From: Adineta vaga
Lineage: Eukaryota; Animalia; Rotifera
Direction: 5' to 3'
Assembly: GCA_021613535.1 (NCBI GenBank)
Contig: CP075492.1
Span: 9,734,001-9,798,000 of the forward strand
DNA length: 64,000 nt
The stretch's first letter is position 1. Each line of letters begins with the position of its first letter. This document shows positions 16,866-32,149 of the stretch, in pieces. The notes beneath the pieces were generated by a model. That model saw only the letters and a list, made by a program, of their open reading frames with translations, searched no databases and was not told the origin of the DNA. Made by a program: the position numbers and the translations under genes.

Positions 16866-19800
16866 ATGCATTCAATAACAATGTCAACATCATCACCATC
16901 ATCAGCAGGAGCGACATCGAGTGCAGCAATAACATCTTCGTCGTCTACAACAAAAAATCTTCAACAGTATCATTATCCACCTATCTCAACACTTCGTCGA
17001 GCTAGTCGACCTGGCAATATTGATTTATCCATCTTTGATCATAATCATAGTGAACAATCGAATGATCCGGGTATCTATTCAGCACCGATATGCTATTTAA
17101 AACAAACGAATCACCCTCATCAACATATTCAACAATCATCTCATCCATATACAGCATCATTTCAATATCAACCTCATCAGCAACAACAATTACAATTACT
17201 TTCACATCATCCACCTCCTCAACAGACGAATATTCAATTGTATCAACAACAACAACAGCAACAACATCAGCATCAACAACAGCAGCAGCAGCAGCAGCAA
17301 ATACATGATCCATTTTCCCAACATCAACATACACCTCATACATTTCCATTACAAGCATCACCAAGTCATTATCATCAATGTTTTTATTTCCCACCATCCA
17401 CATTACAAGTAAAAGAAAAATCGAACTTACAATTTTGAAAAAATAAATCTTTTCTTTCTTTTTCTAATCATTTTTAAGGGCAATGTAACAACTAATGGTC
17501 ATCCAACTCCTAACTCAAATCAACCTTCAACACCAACACCTAATAACCGTCTACGTGCTGTACAGATTCAAGAACAACAACAACAATGGTCGAATCCTGT
17601 TCTTAGTCCATTAATGGTCAAACGTATGAACGAAAACGCAGCTTCAATGGTAATCGATGATGATGAAGATCCATCTGCATCAATTGATGCTCTTGTTGGT
17701 AAGAATGATCTAATGTTCTCTTTTTTTTTGAAAAAAAGAAGAACAAATATTTGATTGAGTATTGAAACTCAGTGATCCATGAATAAGAGACCCCGTCGTT
17801 GTCGTTTGTTTTCTATCCGATAAGATCGCATGTCTTTTTTTTTTCTTGAAAGTATTCTTTTGTCGTGTAAGATAACATTAAACTGAACTAAATAATTCAC
17901 ATTTATTTTTTAGCTGATGTCGATTCCAATTCTCAAGATTTATTGAATGATCCGGAAAATAAATCTCTTAATGAACCAAAAACTACATCAATAACTCCAG
18001 CTGGTCCACGTACACCATCACCACATATATACCTTCGTGGTACATCACATATATTAACAACACCACCAAATCCACTTGCATCTGATGATCATCCTGATAA
18101 TCAATTGAAGAGTTTTCAAAAAACATTTAGTCCTATATCGAGTGCTGGTTTTGAATTAGCAACATCAAAAAATAATATGAACAATTCATCAGCAAATTTG
18201 CCCAATGATCGATCATATTTTAGTTTTGATTCTAATCTTCTTGAACAAGCACATTTGAAATCTGTTTCACATCATGATATTGAAGATAATAATCAAGATA
18301 AATTAATTCAACCATTACTGAGAAATCCCGATGTTCGAACAACAAAAGTATCATCGAACAATTTAATTCAAGATGATAGTAGTAATCATAGTTCGACTAA
18401 TAGTAGTTCTCAAAATGCCTCATCAAGAATTCTCAATCAGATGTTACAAGCTTCTGGTAAGAAAACAAATTTTAAACTAATGAACATCTTCATTTTATAT
18501 TTTATTTTATTTTATAGAACAGCGAAGATCTACTTCATCCTCACCATTATCAACCGATGTTAAATTATCTTCCTTAGATCCCGGTAATAATTCAACCAAT
18601 ATAAATGCACTAACAGGACAACAAACCAATCGATATCTTTGTACACATCCAGATTGTAACAAAGTAATGAATATACTGATCTATTCGATATAAAAACTTA
18701 AAGTTGTATTCTTCTCTTCTAGGCATTTGCTAATAAAAGTGCATTGGCAAAACATAAATTAACACATAGTCAAGATCGTAAACATAAATGTTCAAAATGT
18801 AGTAAAGGTTTTAAACGACTTGATCATCTGTAAGTAAATTTATATTAGTAAAAGTTCAGTTCTAATATCTTTACTTTCTATAGTCATGGTCATATGTTAA
18901 CACATGAAGAAGAAAAACCACATAAATGTCGTGTACCAAATTGTAATCGAACATATTGTGATGCTCGATCATTGAAACGACATATTGAAAATAGTCATCA
19001 AGATATATTAGCTGCTATACATGAAGGTGTACATGATGAATATAGATCTTATTTACCGGAAACTGCATTTGTCAAAGCAAAAGATTTAACGATAAATAAT
19101 GAAATTTCCATGGATTCCGTGGATAGTAATTCTCCTCAATCATTAATTGATAATGAACAATCATTCAATATTCGTTCAGCAACTGGTGGTAAAATATTGA
19201 CGACTTATACGTAAGTTTTGAACTAGTAGAATATTTCAAATGCGATTGAATATTGTTTCACAATAGATTTGATGAAGAAAAATATGTTGAATGTCACATT
19301 TGTAAGAAAAATTTTAAATCTTCAGCTGCACTCAATGGTCATATGCGTTTGCATGGTGGATTCAATGAAGTATGCAAAAATAGATATTTTTCAATGAAAA
19401 ATCTATAAAATCGATTTGATCTAGAAACAGGCAACACCAAGTGTACCTGATAATAGACAGAAAAAGAAGCGAACACAAACACCACCCAAAAGAAAACGTA
19501 TCGATTCACCATTAGCTGCAATATCGATTAAAAAAGAAGAACAAGATATACCGATGTTTTCATCGACGGATAATCCTTATCACAATCATCATCACCATCA
19601 TCATCATCATCACCATCATCAACATCAGCAACCATTGTTTTCGGATGTTCCTCAACAACAAACGTATGATAGATCATTACCATCACGTTCTCGTTCCGCA
19701 TCATCATCGGTTGTTACAACTACATCGCCATCATTTCCAACATATATAACAAAAAATCCATTGAGTGTTCAACCACCAACAAAACAAGCTCGTAAACAAA

Positions 19801-22402
19801 ATCCATTATCAACACATGGATTTGAACCATCGCGAATCAATATTTCCAATGGAATGATTGGAGGTGATCAGATGAGTCATCGACAAATCTTTTCAAATAT
19901 TTCACCTCCATCACAACAATATGATGAAAAGATTAGAAAATCTGCATTATCATCGGAAAATTTTGTTGAAAATCCACAGGTATAAGAATATGAATGAAAT
20001 GAATCAGTGAATTTCTTAATTAATTATCATATGAGTTTAAGGTGAAACATGTTTTCGTGTTTATGAGGAAATTCGAGTGAACGTAGGTTTATCTTTATGT
20101 TAGTTCTATTTATATGTAGTTATCAATGAAAACTCCAAAGGCATGATTATCGATTACTACGCACAAATAGGAAATAGTTTTCTTTAATAAAAATATTCAA
20201 TCTAGAGTATCTTGTTCTCACTTGCAGTGTTAGCTAATAATACATTATAGCAAACATATTCAGAATATTAATCAGCTTAAAATTTTCATTTAGTTGAATG
20301 GTGTATCCTCACCATATGCATATGTTCATTTATCATCCCAACAACATCCATCGAATCATATACAATTTAATACAACTTCATCACCTTCAAATTCAATGTC
20401 AACTAATCTACTTCAACATCTTTTCCGACAAAAAGCTGATTTATTAAATCAAGATTCCTATTCTATACCATCAACACTACCAGATAATTCGGTTCGTTAT
20501 ATACCACCATCTCATATCATTCAACCATCCAGTAAGAAAATCTGTGAAAAAAATTTCCATCAATATCATTTACATGCCGTTTTTTTCTAGTATCAAATTC
20601 AACTTCTTTACTTATTAATACCCCGGTAACATCTCCATATTCAAATTTCAATACTAGTCATGCATCACCATCATCTTCAGCACAAATCTACAATAATAGT
20701 AATAATAATACCAGTGCAGTGAATCATAACAGTATGCAACCTTCACCTACCACTCAATTAATATCATCATCATCATGTTCCGCAACATCGTCACCAGCAT
20801 CATCCGTAAATGCACCGAAAAAACGTTTTCTCAATTCGATAAAACAAGAAAAACAAGATGATAAAGAACAAATAGTTGCCGAAGAAGAACCAGCTGTACT
20901 TACAATTGTTCCTGATATTGATAGTCCATTGAAAAAGATGCCATCTGGTTTTCTTATTGGTACACCTTCATCCACTGGTGCAAGTTCATCATCATCATCT
21001 TCATCAAGTCATACACATTTTAACTATGACAATATTCTTCCATCATCAGCTTCAACAGCAGCAGCAGCATCGAAACGTGAAAGTACACCCAGTTCATTTC
21101 AATGGCCATCACAATTTCGACGTCAACTAAGTCTTAATACAGGAAAACCGCTATTAAATGCTATTCCATCAACTCCATATACACCACCTCCAATGTTAAG
21201 TCCATTTCGTAAAGGTCCAGGTCTTTATTATCGAGTATTCTCTCAACCAGGTACATCTGGAGAAGCAGCATCAATACCAACAACACCCATTCTTCCATTT
21301 ACACCTGGCGCAGAAGAATCAACTGGTCCGAAAATTAATATTGGTAGAGAATATCAAGCAGCTATACCAAAACTTCGGACAACGTCCGAAGACGAAAATG
21401 CAGGTTTGTATTTTACATTCGATTGATACGCATATGTGTTCAATGAATTCCACTTTCTATCCAGAAAATTCTTTGAATATATCTGGATATTTCTTCTCTA
21501 TTTTAGCTACTGTTGATGAATTGTTATTTTCACCATTTGAATTAACCTATTATGATGAAAAATCACTAGAAAAATTTGAACAATTAAATCGAATGAACCC
21601 ATTTTTATTTTCATCCCGTCATGCACCAGCATCATATCCACTGGAATTAGTATATATGTTATTACATGAATATAATGGTGACTTACAACGTACTTTAACT
21701 AGTTTACTCGAAGGAACTGCTAAAGATATAAAACAATGTCGGCCATTACATCATTATCGTTTTCTTGAATGTGATAATTGGACAAAAGAAGAAATCGATG
21801 CTTTTACAAAAGCAATTCAAACATCTGAGAAAAATTTTGGACTTGTTAGTCGCGAAGTATGTAATAATTACTGATTGCAATAGAATTCATTGCTTCTTCT
21901 TTAAAGGTTGGAACGAAAACTGTAAAACAATGCATTGAATTTTATTATATGCCAAAAGTTGGTGTTGGAGCTCGAAAATTATTAGGAACAGGAACAAGTT
22001 CAGTAATAACTCGACGAAAACGATGTCAAATGTTAAAATCTAAACAACAATTGGAGGATGAAACATCTTCATCACCATTCAATGATTTTCGTCAAGTATG
22101 TGAAAAATTTTATTCTATAATCAATATCTGATCTAATTTATTGTCGTTAGGATGATGATATTTCATTAATGAACAGTGATAGTCCAATAACAACTCAATA
22201 TATCTGTGATATCAGTGAATGCTTACAGGTACGAAACCTTCTTAATACAACTATATGTTCATATTTTTCTGTAATTGTTTTTTAGACATTTACATCTGAA
22301 CGAGCATATCGTGCTCATCGTAAAGATCATCGTCGCACAAACAATACATTGACATCATTGACAAGTATAAAACGTAGTCGAAATATTGATTCAACCAAAT
22401 GA
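16866..22402 (+). CDS. ZNF541: C2H2 zinc-finger plus ELM2-SANT transcriptional co-repressor (ZNF541/TRERF1/MIDEAS family)
   Basis: Fingers CSKCSKGFKRLDHL..HMLTH, CRVPNCNRTYCDARSLKRH and CHICKKNFKSSAALNGHMRLHGG. Family motif PYTPPPMLSPFRKGPGLY, ELM2 start PKINIGREYQA, SANT WTKEEIDAF..VGTKTVKQCIEFYY. Confidence 0.85.
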
Positions 22403-23026
22403 TGGGAAGGTTTTTTTTATCTCTTGAAACGCTTTCTTCTGTACATACACATATATTTTCATTTTTTTCCTTGTTCTGTTATTCTTTGAAAACATCGACA
22501 GTGATTTAGTTTTGATAAAAAAAAACAAACAGACTCGAACAAACTAACATATTTTCGTGCGTATTCTAGGTTTTCTTTTCTTCTATATATATATAAATAT
22601 CCGTGTGTTTGGTTTTTGAAAAAAAAAAGATGTTCTTTCCTTTTGCCTTACGTATTTCTAAAAACAGAAAAGTAGAAGAAAAAGACGGTGAATTGGATCT
22701 CGGTGTGAGTGTGTATTCTTTTAGTCAGATGATTTCGTTGTATGCGTGTGTGTGTGTGTGGCTAGTTTTTCTCTACGTTCTCTTTTTTTCTTTTTTTCTC
22801 TCTCTCTCTCTCAACTACATCTAGATTGATGGATGTAGTATAACTATAACACATTTGTTTTTGTTTCTTTTTTTCTTTGTTTGTTTGGCTATAAGTGAAA
22901 GAAGAACAGCGTATTAGGTGTGCTTTTTTTCTTTCTCTTTTTTTTCTATTTTATTTGTGTGTGAGTGAAAGCTTTTATGTATAAAAAAGAACAGAAACAA
23001 CAACAACAACCCAGAAACAAGTGATT

Positions 23027-24880
23027 TTAAATCCCATTGCTATCTGGAGAATGATCGGATTCATCATCCATTGGTTTGTCTTTTGTTTCAGGAAGAAATA
23101 AGGAAAATAAAAGAGCAATAATACCCAAAACTGATGATACATAATATGTATAGGATAAATATTCCTTGCCAATTAATGTACCTATTACTGGTGCTAAAAT
23201 AGCACCGATACGACCAAATGCAATACAACATCCATTGGAAGTACTTCGTATCGATGTTGGAAATAATTCAGGAATAAATATCCATGTTATAGTGATGGTA
23301 ACTGATATAAGATATTTGCCTAGTTGAGCCATAGATACCATTGCAATTGAACTATATTTCTCAATGATTGGTATTAGAAAAACAGAGAGTATAGTTAAAC
23401 TCATCAGTATAATAAATGAACCTTTACGACCAAGTTTAGTTGATAAAAGTAAAGAACTTGTAATATAACTAATTGCTTCAACTACGGCGCCAATTAAAAT
23501 TGCTAAATACGGTGAAACATCCATCGTAGCTAGACCATAACTAATTTGAAAATAAATCATTACTGTTGTTAAACTTATTAAACATGTTATGAATAGTTTT
23601 AATATTATTGCTCGATATGTAACTAATCGACAAGTATGTCGAAAAAATGATACATTATGTTTATGTGTCGATATAACTGGTTGATTACGTAGTAAATCTT
23701 GATAATGTGAATACCATTCATTTTCTTTTCGTCCATTTTGATTTGCTATTTGTCGAAGAAGACTTTCTAAGTTACTATATTTTCCTTTTGCATAGAGATA
23801 TAAAGGAGATTCGGGTATGAAATAAAGATAAGGTATTCCCACTCCTAAAAAGAGAAGATTGGCCCATTTTAAATGTTGCCAATGTCGTGTTAAATAAGCA
23901 AATAACGTTACGATAACTTCACCGATAGTAAATGATATAAAAGCAAGATTTCCTGCAAGACTTGTATGTGCTGATGATGTTAATTCAAACATTAAAATAA
24001 AAACTAAACTGAAATTTGATATGCTTAGACCGGATGCAAATTGATTGAATAATAAAATCATAAATCTAATCGAAAGGTGAAAACTATTTCTATTCTTTTT
24101 CTTTTTAATCAAATAAATTTACTTCGTTTTGATTGTCATCGGTATCCATTGCATAATTATTTGAGTAGTTAAACAAGATATAAAAAGAAGAATACTAATG
24201 ATAACTGTAAGTTTCTTTCGGCCATATTTATCTGCTAAAGAACCAATAACTAACACTAAAAAGCCACTAAATTGTATAACAACTGCTAACCAACTTTTTC
24301 GAGCTTGATTTTCACAAACAAAATTTGCTTCTTCAGTAAAAGTATATCCAAATATTGATCGATCATAGACCCAACCATTTGAACATCTTTCAAGTGTATG
24401 ATTAATCATATCTGTTGAATATTGTACACATTTTTCCCATTTTTGACCGGAACTACTTTTTGGAATATACATATTGATATACATTTCATGCATTGAATTC
24501 ATTGGATTATATTGTGTATCATTTGGCCAGATATGTTCTGGTAATCGACATCGATGATCAGGTTCTGCAGCACCAAAAATATAATAGAATGAAACAATAC
24601 CAAAACTCATCGCTATCCAATTCATAAAAAAGTAATGTATCCATTGAAATCGACCAAAATCACCACATTTTCGCAAAATATCATCGAGCGAATTCACCGT
24701 TATTGCTAATGAAGATAAACTTCGAGTAATCTCGGTTTTCTCCACCTATTTAAACATATGATGTATAAGTCAATGATAGTGACAAAAAAAAACAATAGCA
24801 AATAGATATTGACTTACATATAGGTTATTCTTGTTAACATCTACATGTATCAAATCGCCTTCACTTTCGTACTGAGTCAT
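23027..24880 (-). CDS. SLC22-family organic cation/anion MFS transporter (3 exons)
   Basis: DDILRKCGDFGRFQ, Cys-rich loop with CSNGWVYD, LADKYGRK, PESP and ELFPTSIRS motifs, and many TM segments. First exon MTQYESEG (ATG 24880) ends at gtaagt. Confidence 0.92.
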
Positions 24881-26140
24881 TTATTTGTGCCGTGAAAAAT
24901 ATTGTTAGAGGTAAATGTATATCTTCATAAGTTTCTTTTTTTGATTTTTCATTGATTTACCTGACCATCAAAAGAAAAATAATTGTATTTTGTTGTTTTC
25001 ACCCATGACATACACAGAATCAAACTGCGGCCTTCACATGATATTTTTTTTTCTTTACCGAAAAAAAAACATCCTATTTTTTCTTTCTGTTCTTTCCTGC
25101 TTATTTATCGTCTGGTAATAAATGACGATCCACGCGAGAGATTTTTGCGTACCTAGACTGCTTTTGAAAAAAAAATGAAGTAGAATAAGTTTCTTTCTTT
25201 TGTGAAGCATTTCTTAGTATACAAGAACATTAGATTGATTTGATTTGCATAATCAGATTGATTTTCAAAGTATTGCAGATTTGATTCTTCTTTAATGAGA
25301 AACAATTGATGAATTTGAAGGACGAAAAAAGTTATTTTTAGTAAGAATAATTGTGTTTTTTTTATTATCATTCATAGGAGTGTCAATCTATTAATATGAA
25401 ATATAGTTATGCAAAGTACAAACACATCAGAATAGCAAAATTTTTAACTTTCTTTATCAATACTAGAAAGATATTCTGTAGGTTACAATCAAAGACATTA
25501 GCGTATCAAATTTGTGTAATTTATGGACATATTAGTTGATCTGACGACTAGTTAAGACATCTTTGAGGAGAACGAACTTGATTATCCTATTTTGCAAAGT
25601 TAGAGGATAATAGTGACACCTGCTAGATTATCTATGGTTCCTACTTTCGAAAATAATCACAAAGAACAGTTTGTGAACATTTGTATTATTTGAATGACAA
25701 CAAAATTCATCATCTTTCAATAAACTGTAATCAAAATATAATTAATGCTGATCATATCATTCATATTCATTTCCTGGATGTGAAGATAATCTTGTCACAA
25801 CATAGATAGATAAAAAAACTGACGTACCGCCACACGTATCGTGTGATCGATTCATTTTTTATTTACATAATAGAACATGGGAAAAGAGCGATAGGTGAGA
25901 AAACTATCGCTTTTCTTCAATGACATACACATAAAGATTGTTTGAATATCAACGATCCGATTGACTTTATGATTAATCACTGTTAGCATTATCTAAATTA
26001 AAAACAATCAAACAATTTCTATTCAGCTGATTTTTTTCACTTTAACTCTTAATCTCATCTTAGTATTAGACAGATAATTACCTTCCTTTGTTTCGAATAA
26101 ACACCGGGCAAATGTTGTTACTTGTTTTGAATAAAATTAA

Positions 26141-26458
26141 CTAATTAAATTTTTCTAATAAATATAAAACAATATTTCTGTGACCAAGATAGACAGCTAT
26201 ATGAAGAGGAAGCCAACCATCATCATTGATTGTCAAGATATCACATTCACCATATTCAACAAACAATTTCAATAGATCAAGACGATTGTATAAACAACAA
26301 AGATGAACTAATGATTGACCATTGTATTGTAAACGATTGAGATTGATATTATTGATTCGTGAAGATTTGAGAAGAAGAATTTCGATATCGAAAATATCAT
26401 GATTGTGAAGAATGGAGTTGAATAGACGATGAGCGAATTGATGTCGATCGAGAATCAT
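26141..26458 (-). CDS. NRARP: NRARP-like small ankyrin-repeat protein, copy A (105 aa, ends LLEKFN)
   Basis: Size and motifs (GQSLVHLC..LDLLKLFVEYG..DGWLPLHIAVYLGHRNIVLYL) match Notch-regulated ankyrin repeat protein as I recall it. A splice acceptor lies 5 nt before the ATG. Confidence 0.78.
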   Translation of the reverse strand: MILDRHQFAHRLFNSILHNHDIFDIEILLLKSSRINNINLNRLQYNGQSLVHLCCLYNRLDLLKLFVEYGECDILTINDDGWLPLHIAVYLGHRNIVLYLLEKFN

Positions 26459-26466
26459 ATTTTCTA
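26157..26466. repeat. Left arm of a 310-bp perfect inverted repeat (partner 32150..32459)
   Basis: The reverse complement was compared base by base with 32150..32459 and no mismatch was seen. Confidence 0.95.
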
Positions 26467-27349
26467 TACAATGAAAACACGAAAAGAGAAGATAGATATA
26501 TATATATACGTAGGAAAAGAGAAAAGAAATGAAACGAATGAGAAAATTTTTTTTTCAATCATTTCTAATTGTCAGCTAGGTGAGAACGAAAAGAAGAAGA
26601 AGAGATCAAATAACTTTCGCTTCGTTTGATGGAAACATCTGTTTATGTGTATATTGAATTGTAAAGACGAAATGAATACTAATGGGAAAAGATTGTCTAA
26701 TCCAATAAAACTCTAATGACTAGTAGAAGATATTTGAGTAGAACTCTTTATCCGATCATTTTGTGTACATTTCATGTTGACTGTGAGATCCGCCTTGTCA
26801 CTTCTCTGTAATTTAACACCTTTCAATATTATATAGTGAGATATGCTTTTCAATTTCTCATTCTCATGCTCTCACCATTCGCATCATCATCATTATTGCA
26901 ATCAGATCTTATTTCTCATAAACACACATTCCCTTTTTTTTCTACACTTGCTAGCTAAAAGACAATATTTATCCATTTTTTTTCAAGTATGTTTTTCTAT
27001 AATTATACGATTGAAGACAAATGATCCAATCAATCGGTTTTCTTTTTTTCGTTTATGTTCGATTCGATCTTATCGATAAAAGAGAATCCGATGACGTCGA
27101 TTGTGAAGGTTAATTCTTCATTTGTAATTTCCGTTCGGAAACAATATTTGAATGTCACGAACGATACCTTACTTCGAGTCAATTCCGTTCGAACGAGAAA
27201 ATCTGATTGAATGACCCAGCAAGGTAACGACTATACAACATTGTTTAACTATCTTTCAATAAACATGACGGATCTGTACTTTTCGATGTATTTCAATTGA
27301 AAAGAAAAATTAAAATAGAAATATCACAAAACAAACAAAAAACTATGTC

Positions 27350-29638
27350 CTATAATGGATTTGCCTTCTTCAAATTGTCATGTATTGATGTATGTAGACA
27401 TTGTCCAGGTAGAAAATCATTCTCTAAATCATGTTCATCACTATCTGCTTGATCATATCGTAAACGATCGATTTGATTTTCTGATTTTGATGTTGTTACA
27501 TTACCATTGATTGTACGTAAATCTCTTCTTGAACGTCGCAATGAAGTTTGAGAAATTGTTCTTCGTAATGATGTCCATGACATATTTCGTCTCCATGTCC
27601 ATGTTTCATCATATTCTCTCATTTTATATTGAAGACCATTTAATAAAGCCATAACAAGGATTAATAAAATAATAAATATTCCAAGAATAATTCCAATAAC
27701 AAGACCTAAATTATTAAAAACACGTGTACGAACAAAATAAGTCGATGATGGATATGATGAATAATTATATGAACAAGAAAGATAATTTATATCATAAACT
27801 TGTTGTATTAAAGCATTATCAATTTCGTGATAATTTGTTATTGACGATGGATTAGTTGAATTCGTATTCAAATCAGTTAAAGATTGAAGAGTTGAATGAC
27901 ATATATGTTCTTTTTGAGTAAAATGACATTCATCCATTTTTCGTGCTGTTTCATGACCAGATAAACTACGAATACAGGGAATTAATTGTCCATCTAATTG
28001 ACCAAGTTTATAAGCAAATAGTAACGGACATGTACATAATGTTGTATTCGAATTTGGAAATAACCATGGTATTGTACGAGGAGCTTCATAGATAAGACAA
28101 GAACCACTAGATAAGTGTTTAAAATGAAATTGTATTGACGATCGTTGATTACTAAAATAAAGCAAGATTGATCTTTTCCGAGAATGCATAGGGAGTAGAC
28201 TAATCCATTATCGTACATTTACTCCCTTGGAGAAATCATGTGAGTACAGTAACAGATATGAATTTATATCGTTTTCACATGAGTTCTTCATGTGAAACTA
28301 TACTTGAAAAATTCTTATCACTAAACTTGATATTAGTGTGTTTACTTACGCAAGATTATTTTCAATAGATTTAAACCATTTAACATAACGTATATGATTG
28401 AAATGTATGTTCATATCTGTTTTAATTTGATTGGAATTTAATGATGATAAATCTATTAATACAATATCTCTCAAATAAATATTATGAAGCAAAGAATCAA
28501 GTCGTAAGGAATTGTTTTCAAATCGTACGATTGTAGTTGATGATAAATTCAATGTGATTAAACCTGAATTCATCGATGAAAAGGTATCTCTTGCAAAATT
28601 AATAATAGGATTTGGATCATTCGTTGGATTATCTGAATTGATTTTCAATTGATTTTTTGCATTGTTCAAAGATATATTGTAAAATGTATTGGAAAAAAAT
28701 GATAATCCACGAAGTGTATTGAATGTCAATATAATTTTAATATTTTCACTATTCATCATCGAATAAATCCGATCGAATGTATATGATTTTAAACATAAAC
28801 ATGAACCTAATGTTTGAATGGTGAAATTAAATATTGAATTCGTTGCTAAAGACATATTTTGAAATGTATAGGAATCCATAGTTAAACGATTTAAAAATAA
28901 TGAATAGAACCGAAATGAACTCGATGTTTCTAATTGTAAAGATTTAAAAGAATACGGTTTTAAATTAATATGTGAAATGAGTTCAAAATGAAATGAAAGA
29001 ATTTGATTAGAATGTAGATTTAAAGATGAAAATGAATAGGAATAAAATAAGATTGTGTCCGTACGAGAGAAAAGAAACTCGATTGACGAAGTTAAATCAC
29101 TTGGTTCAATGATATTATTATGAAACTGAATTTGAGTAACAGATGAAATATCAATAATTAAACGAGAATGTTTACCCATTCTTATACCAGCCAAAGAATT
29201 TGAATGAAAAGTGCAACCATAGAAGAATTTAATAATTAAACGTAACGTTGAATAAGGTTGAAGTTCAAGACCATGAAACGTATTTTCTGTAATATTTAAC
29301 CAAGAATTAGGTGCTGCAAATGTAATTGTTAATGTATGGTTGGGTTTTTGTACGATAAACGATTGAAATGCATATGGTTGGAAAATTAATTTCAATTGTC
29401 CACTTAAGATCATATTCGTATCACGTGAACCCAAATTAAAATCTGCAAATGCTCGTGCAGGAATTGTTGTTAATTGTGTTAAAATAATATCACGATATGA
29501 TAAACAATCAAAACAATTTGATGGAATATAATCGAATACTCGTGGTTCATAATCATTTTGATATAAGACGGTCGATTGGACGACAAGAATTAGTGAAGAT
29601 AGTAGTAAAAGAATGTTGCTGTCAAGGTTATAAATCAT
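27350..29638 (-). CDS. Type I membrane protein with degenerate leucine-rich-repeat-like ectodomain (2 exons)
   Basis: Signal peptide (ILLLLSSLILVVQS), recurring units such as IPARAFADF, FQPYAFQSF, ITENTFHGL, LKPYSFKSL, an LRRCT-like LCTCPLL, and TM LGLVIGIILGIFIILLILVMALL. A phase-2 intron (gtaagt at ~28349 to ttttag at ~28152) joins the two ORFs in frame. Confidence 0.82.
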
Positions 29639-32149
29639 GTCATCGGTTCATTTAAGAATAATGAGAAATTCTAAACGCAAAAAAAAGAAGAAGAAGAAGC
29701 AATTGTCGAAAATCAATCATCGCCTCAAGCGTATAGGAAAAACAATGCACTAAATCAAGGCTATTTCGTTCATAGCTTTTATCGTGCCGTCAATTGAAAA
29801 AAAACGTTTTTTATTCATGTCATGATTTCTAAAGCATGGGCAGATTGGTCGTTTTGAATGCTGATTTTCTTTTTGCTCTTCTACATTCTGAAAATGTTGC
29901 ATGACACTGTCAAAAAGTTCAGTGGGGAAGCAATAAGCAGTTTTTCTCTCTTCTTACCATCAATACAGAGAATACTTCAAAAAAAAAAGAGAAGACTCTT
30001 TCTCTCTCTCTCGTATCCACTTAGTTGACAGCAAAAGGAAAAATCTCGATAGGTCCTATTTTTTTCTTACTCGCACTCACTCTGTTCTTTACGTTCATTA
30101 TTAATTTCCTTTAGTGTATGAGTTCTAAGCTTTTTTTCTCTTTCTCTCTGTTGGTCTCTTTCATCATTCACCTATTCATTATTGTTGTTTAGTGTCTTAG
30201 CGGCAAAGGAAGAGAGAGAGAGAAGAAAATCTCTACGATGATCACTTCTTGATATAAGAATAACAAAATAAAAAGAAAGAAAAACAAGAATGGACAGCAA
30301 AAGAAGAGTGTCAAATGAAATTAACTGGAATGGCATTGTTTCTCTCTCTCTCTTTCTCATTCTCTGTCTATCTATCAATATAAACATATTCATGTGTTTG
30401 TCGAGTAGTAGTGCTGCTAAACTATCGGATTGAGTTATGGAATTTTTTGTTCTTCTTCTCATTCATTGTAATGCATGAAAAAACAAAACGAACGAGAAAT
30501 AGAGATACTAATTATGAACTTTGAGACTCATTGATCTCCCAAGCGATTATTTGTCCTAGAGATCGTTCAAAATGCCATAGAAATACGCATTAGATTAATG
30601 AAGAAATATCAACCTAGATAAACATCTATTCTATGTATTATTGTTCATATAAACAAGGTGCATAATTAGACTTTTTTCTTCTCAGTCAAACAACGAGATA
30701 AAACAGCTAGGCTGGATACTTTTTAACAATGTTATTTTCATGAGAATACTCATTCTAATTGTACAAATACGGCTTGAATCATGCCAATCGAATCAATACT
30801 TGATTTCCTATCTAGGTAAGATAGTAATTACAAAGATATCGAACTTTTGATTATGATTATAAATCTCTATCATCATGATTTCCTTAATAGTTTTCTTTTT
30901 CATGTAAAAAAACGCAACATACTTACAGAGAATATTTGAACATCGATTAAATCTGACTTATGGTCGAACAATCTGTAAATATTATACTAAACTAAAACGT
31001 ATATATCAAGAAGAAGAAAGAAACCAAATACGTTCTCGCACTTCATCACATCAATATCTCATTTCAAGAAATAAATAAAGGTGATGAGAGAAGGAGATAT
31101 TCATCATTATCATGAAAATCGATTCGCAATAGAGGTAGAAGGGATATTTCGAGTCTAAAGTGTCACATCAATAATTTAAAGTAATTCAGCATGAAAGACA
31201 GAAAAAACGGAAATAAATTTCGCACGATAATGCAAGACATGCGTCAGTCAAAATCATCAATTCTATTTCAAGTAATCATCTTTATGACTATACAAACAAG
31301 AAAAAAGTTTTGTCTCTTTTCTTATTTCTCCAGACATACTTGCTTTTATTCATTAGTACTGACCATTGCTTAAGATAAAGCACATACACTTGCTTCATTC
31401 TCATAATCAATCAGATAAGAGGAATGAACAGTTGGATGGTCATTTCTTTCGTACAGACTATGAATAGAAGGATGTATGAACTTCCCTTAGAGCTAGCCGA
31501 GCGAATGCATCAAGCTAAAACGACACGCATGGAGATGGAAGAAAAGAGAGGGAGAGTGTGTGTGTGTCTATGTATAATACATAGAATAGAAAATGTTGAG
31601 CAATTATCCATGGAATAGAACTCGTCAGTGTTACTAACATTTCTAGTACAATTTGACTGCAAGGCATTAAATGATGATGTGTTGAATACATGAGAATGAT
31701 ATATGAAAACAGCTCGAAGTCGTTTGGATTTGTATGTTATGATTCGAACAACACTAGTGAATTGTTTATACTGAAATCAACACCTAATGTTATTCGACGG
31801 ATGTTAGACATAAAAAAAAGAATGTTACGGAAATGATTCGTTAAACTATATATTCAGACTTCAAGAATGAAATTTGTAACCTATGCTGTCAATCATCGAA
31901 TTACTGATACGGATCAAGTAGTAATACTTGAACTAGCCATATCATAAGTTTATTTTCTTTTTCATTCTGGGAAAAAGACATCTAGTTCAATGAAGCGATT
32001 AAGTGTTATTTGTATGAGAAAGGATAATATAAGGTGAGAGAGAATGCTCGTTTGTGGTTTCCGGCTTAAAACACCTAAAGCTTATTACATTGAAATTTCT
32101 CACAAGCGATTGATTATAGAAAACAACTGATCATCTTTTTTTTCCTTCT

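Noticed and set aside
32078-32100. GCTTATTACA resembling the bdelloid spliced-leader exon as I recall it
   Set aside because: The match is only about 10 nt, with no following donor or Sm site.
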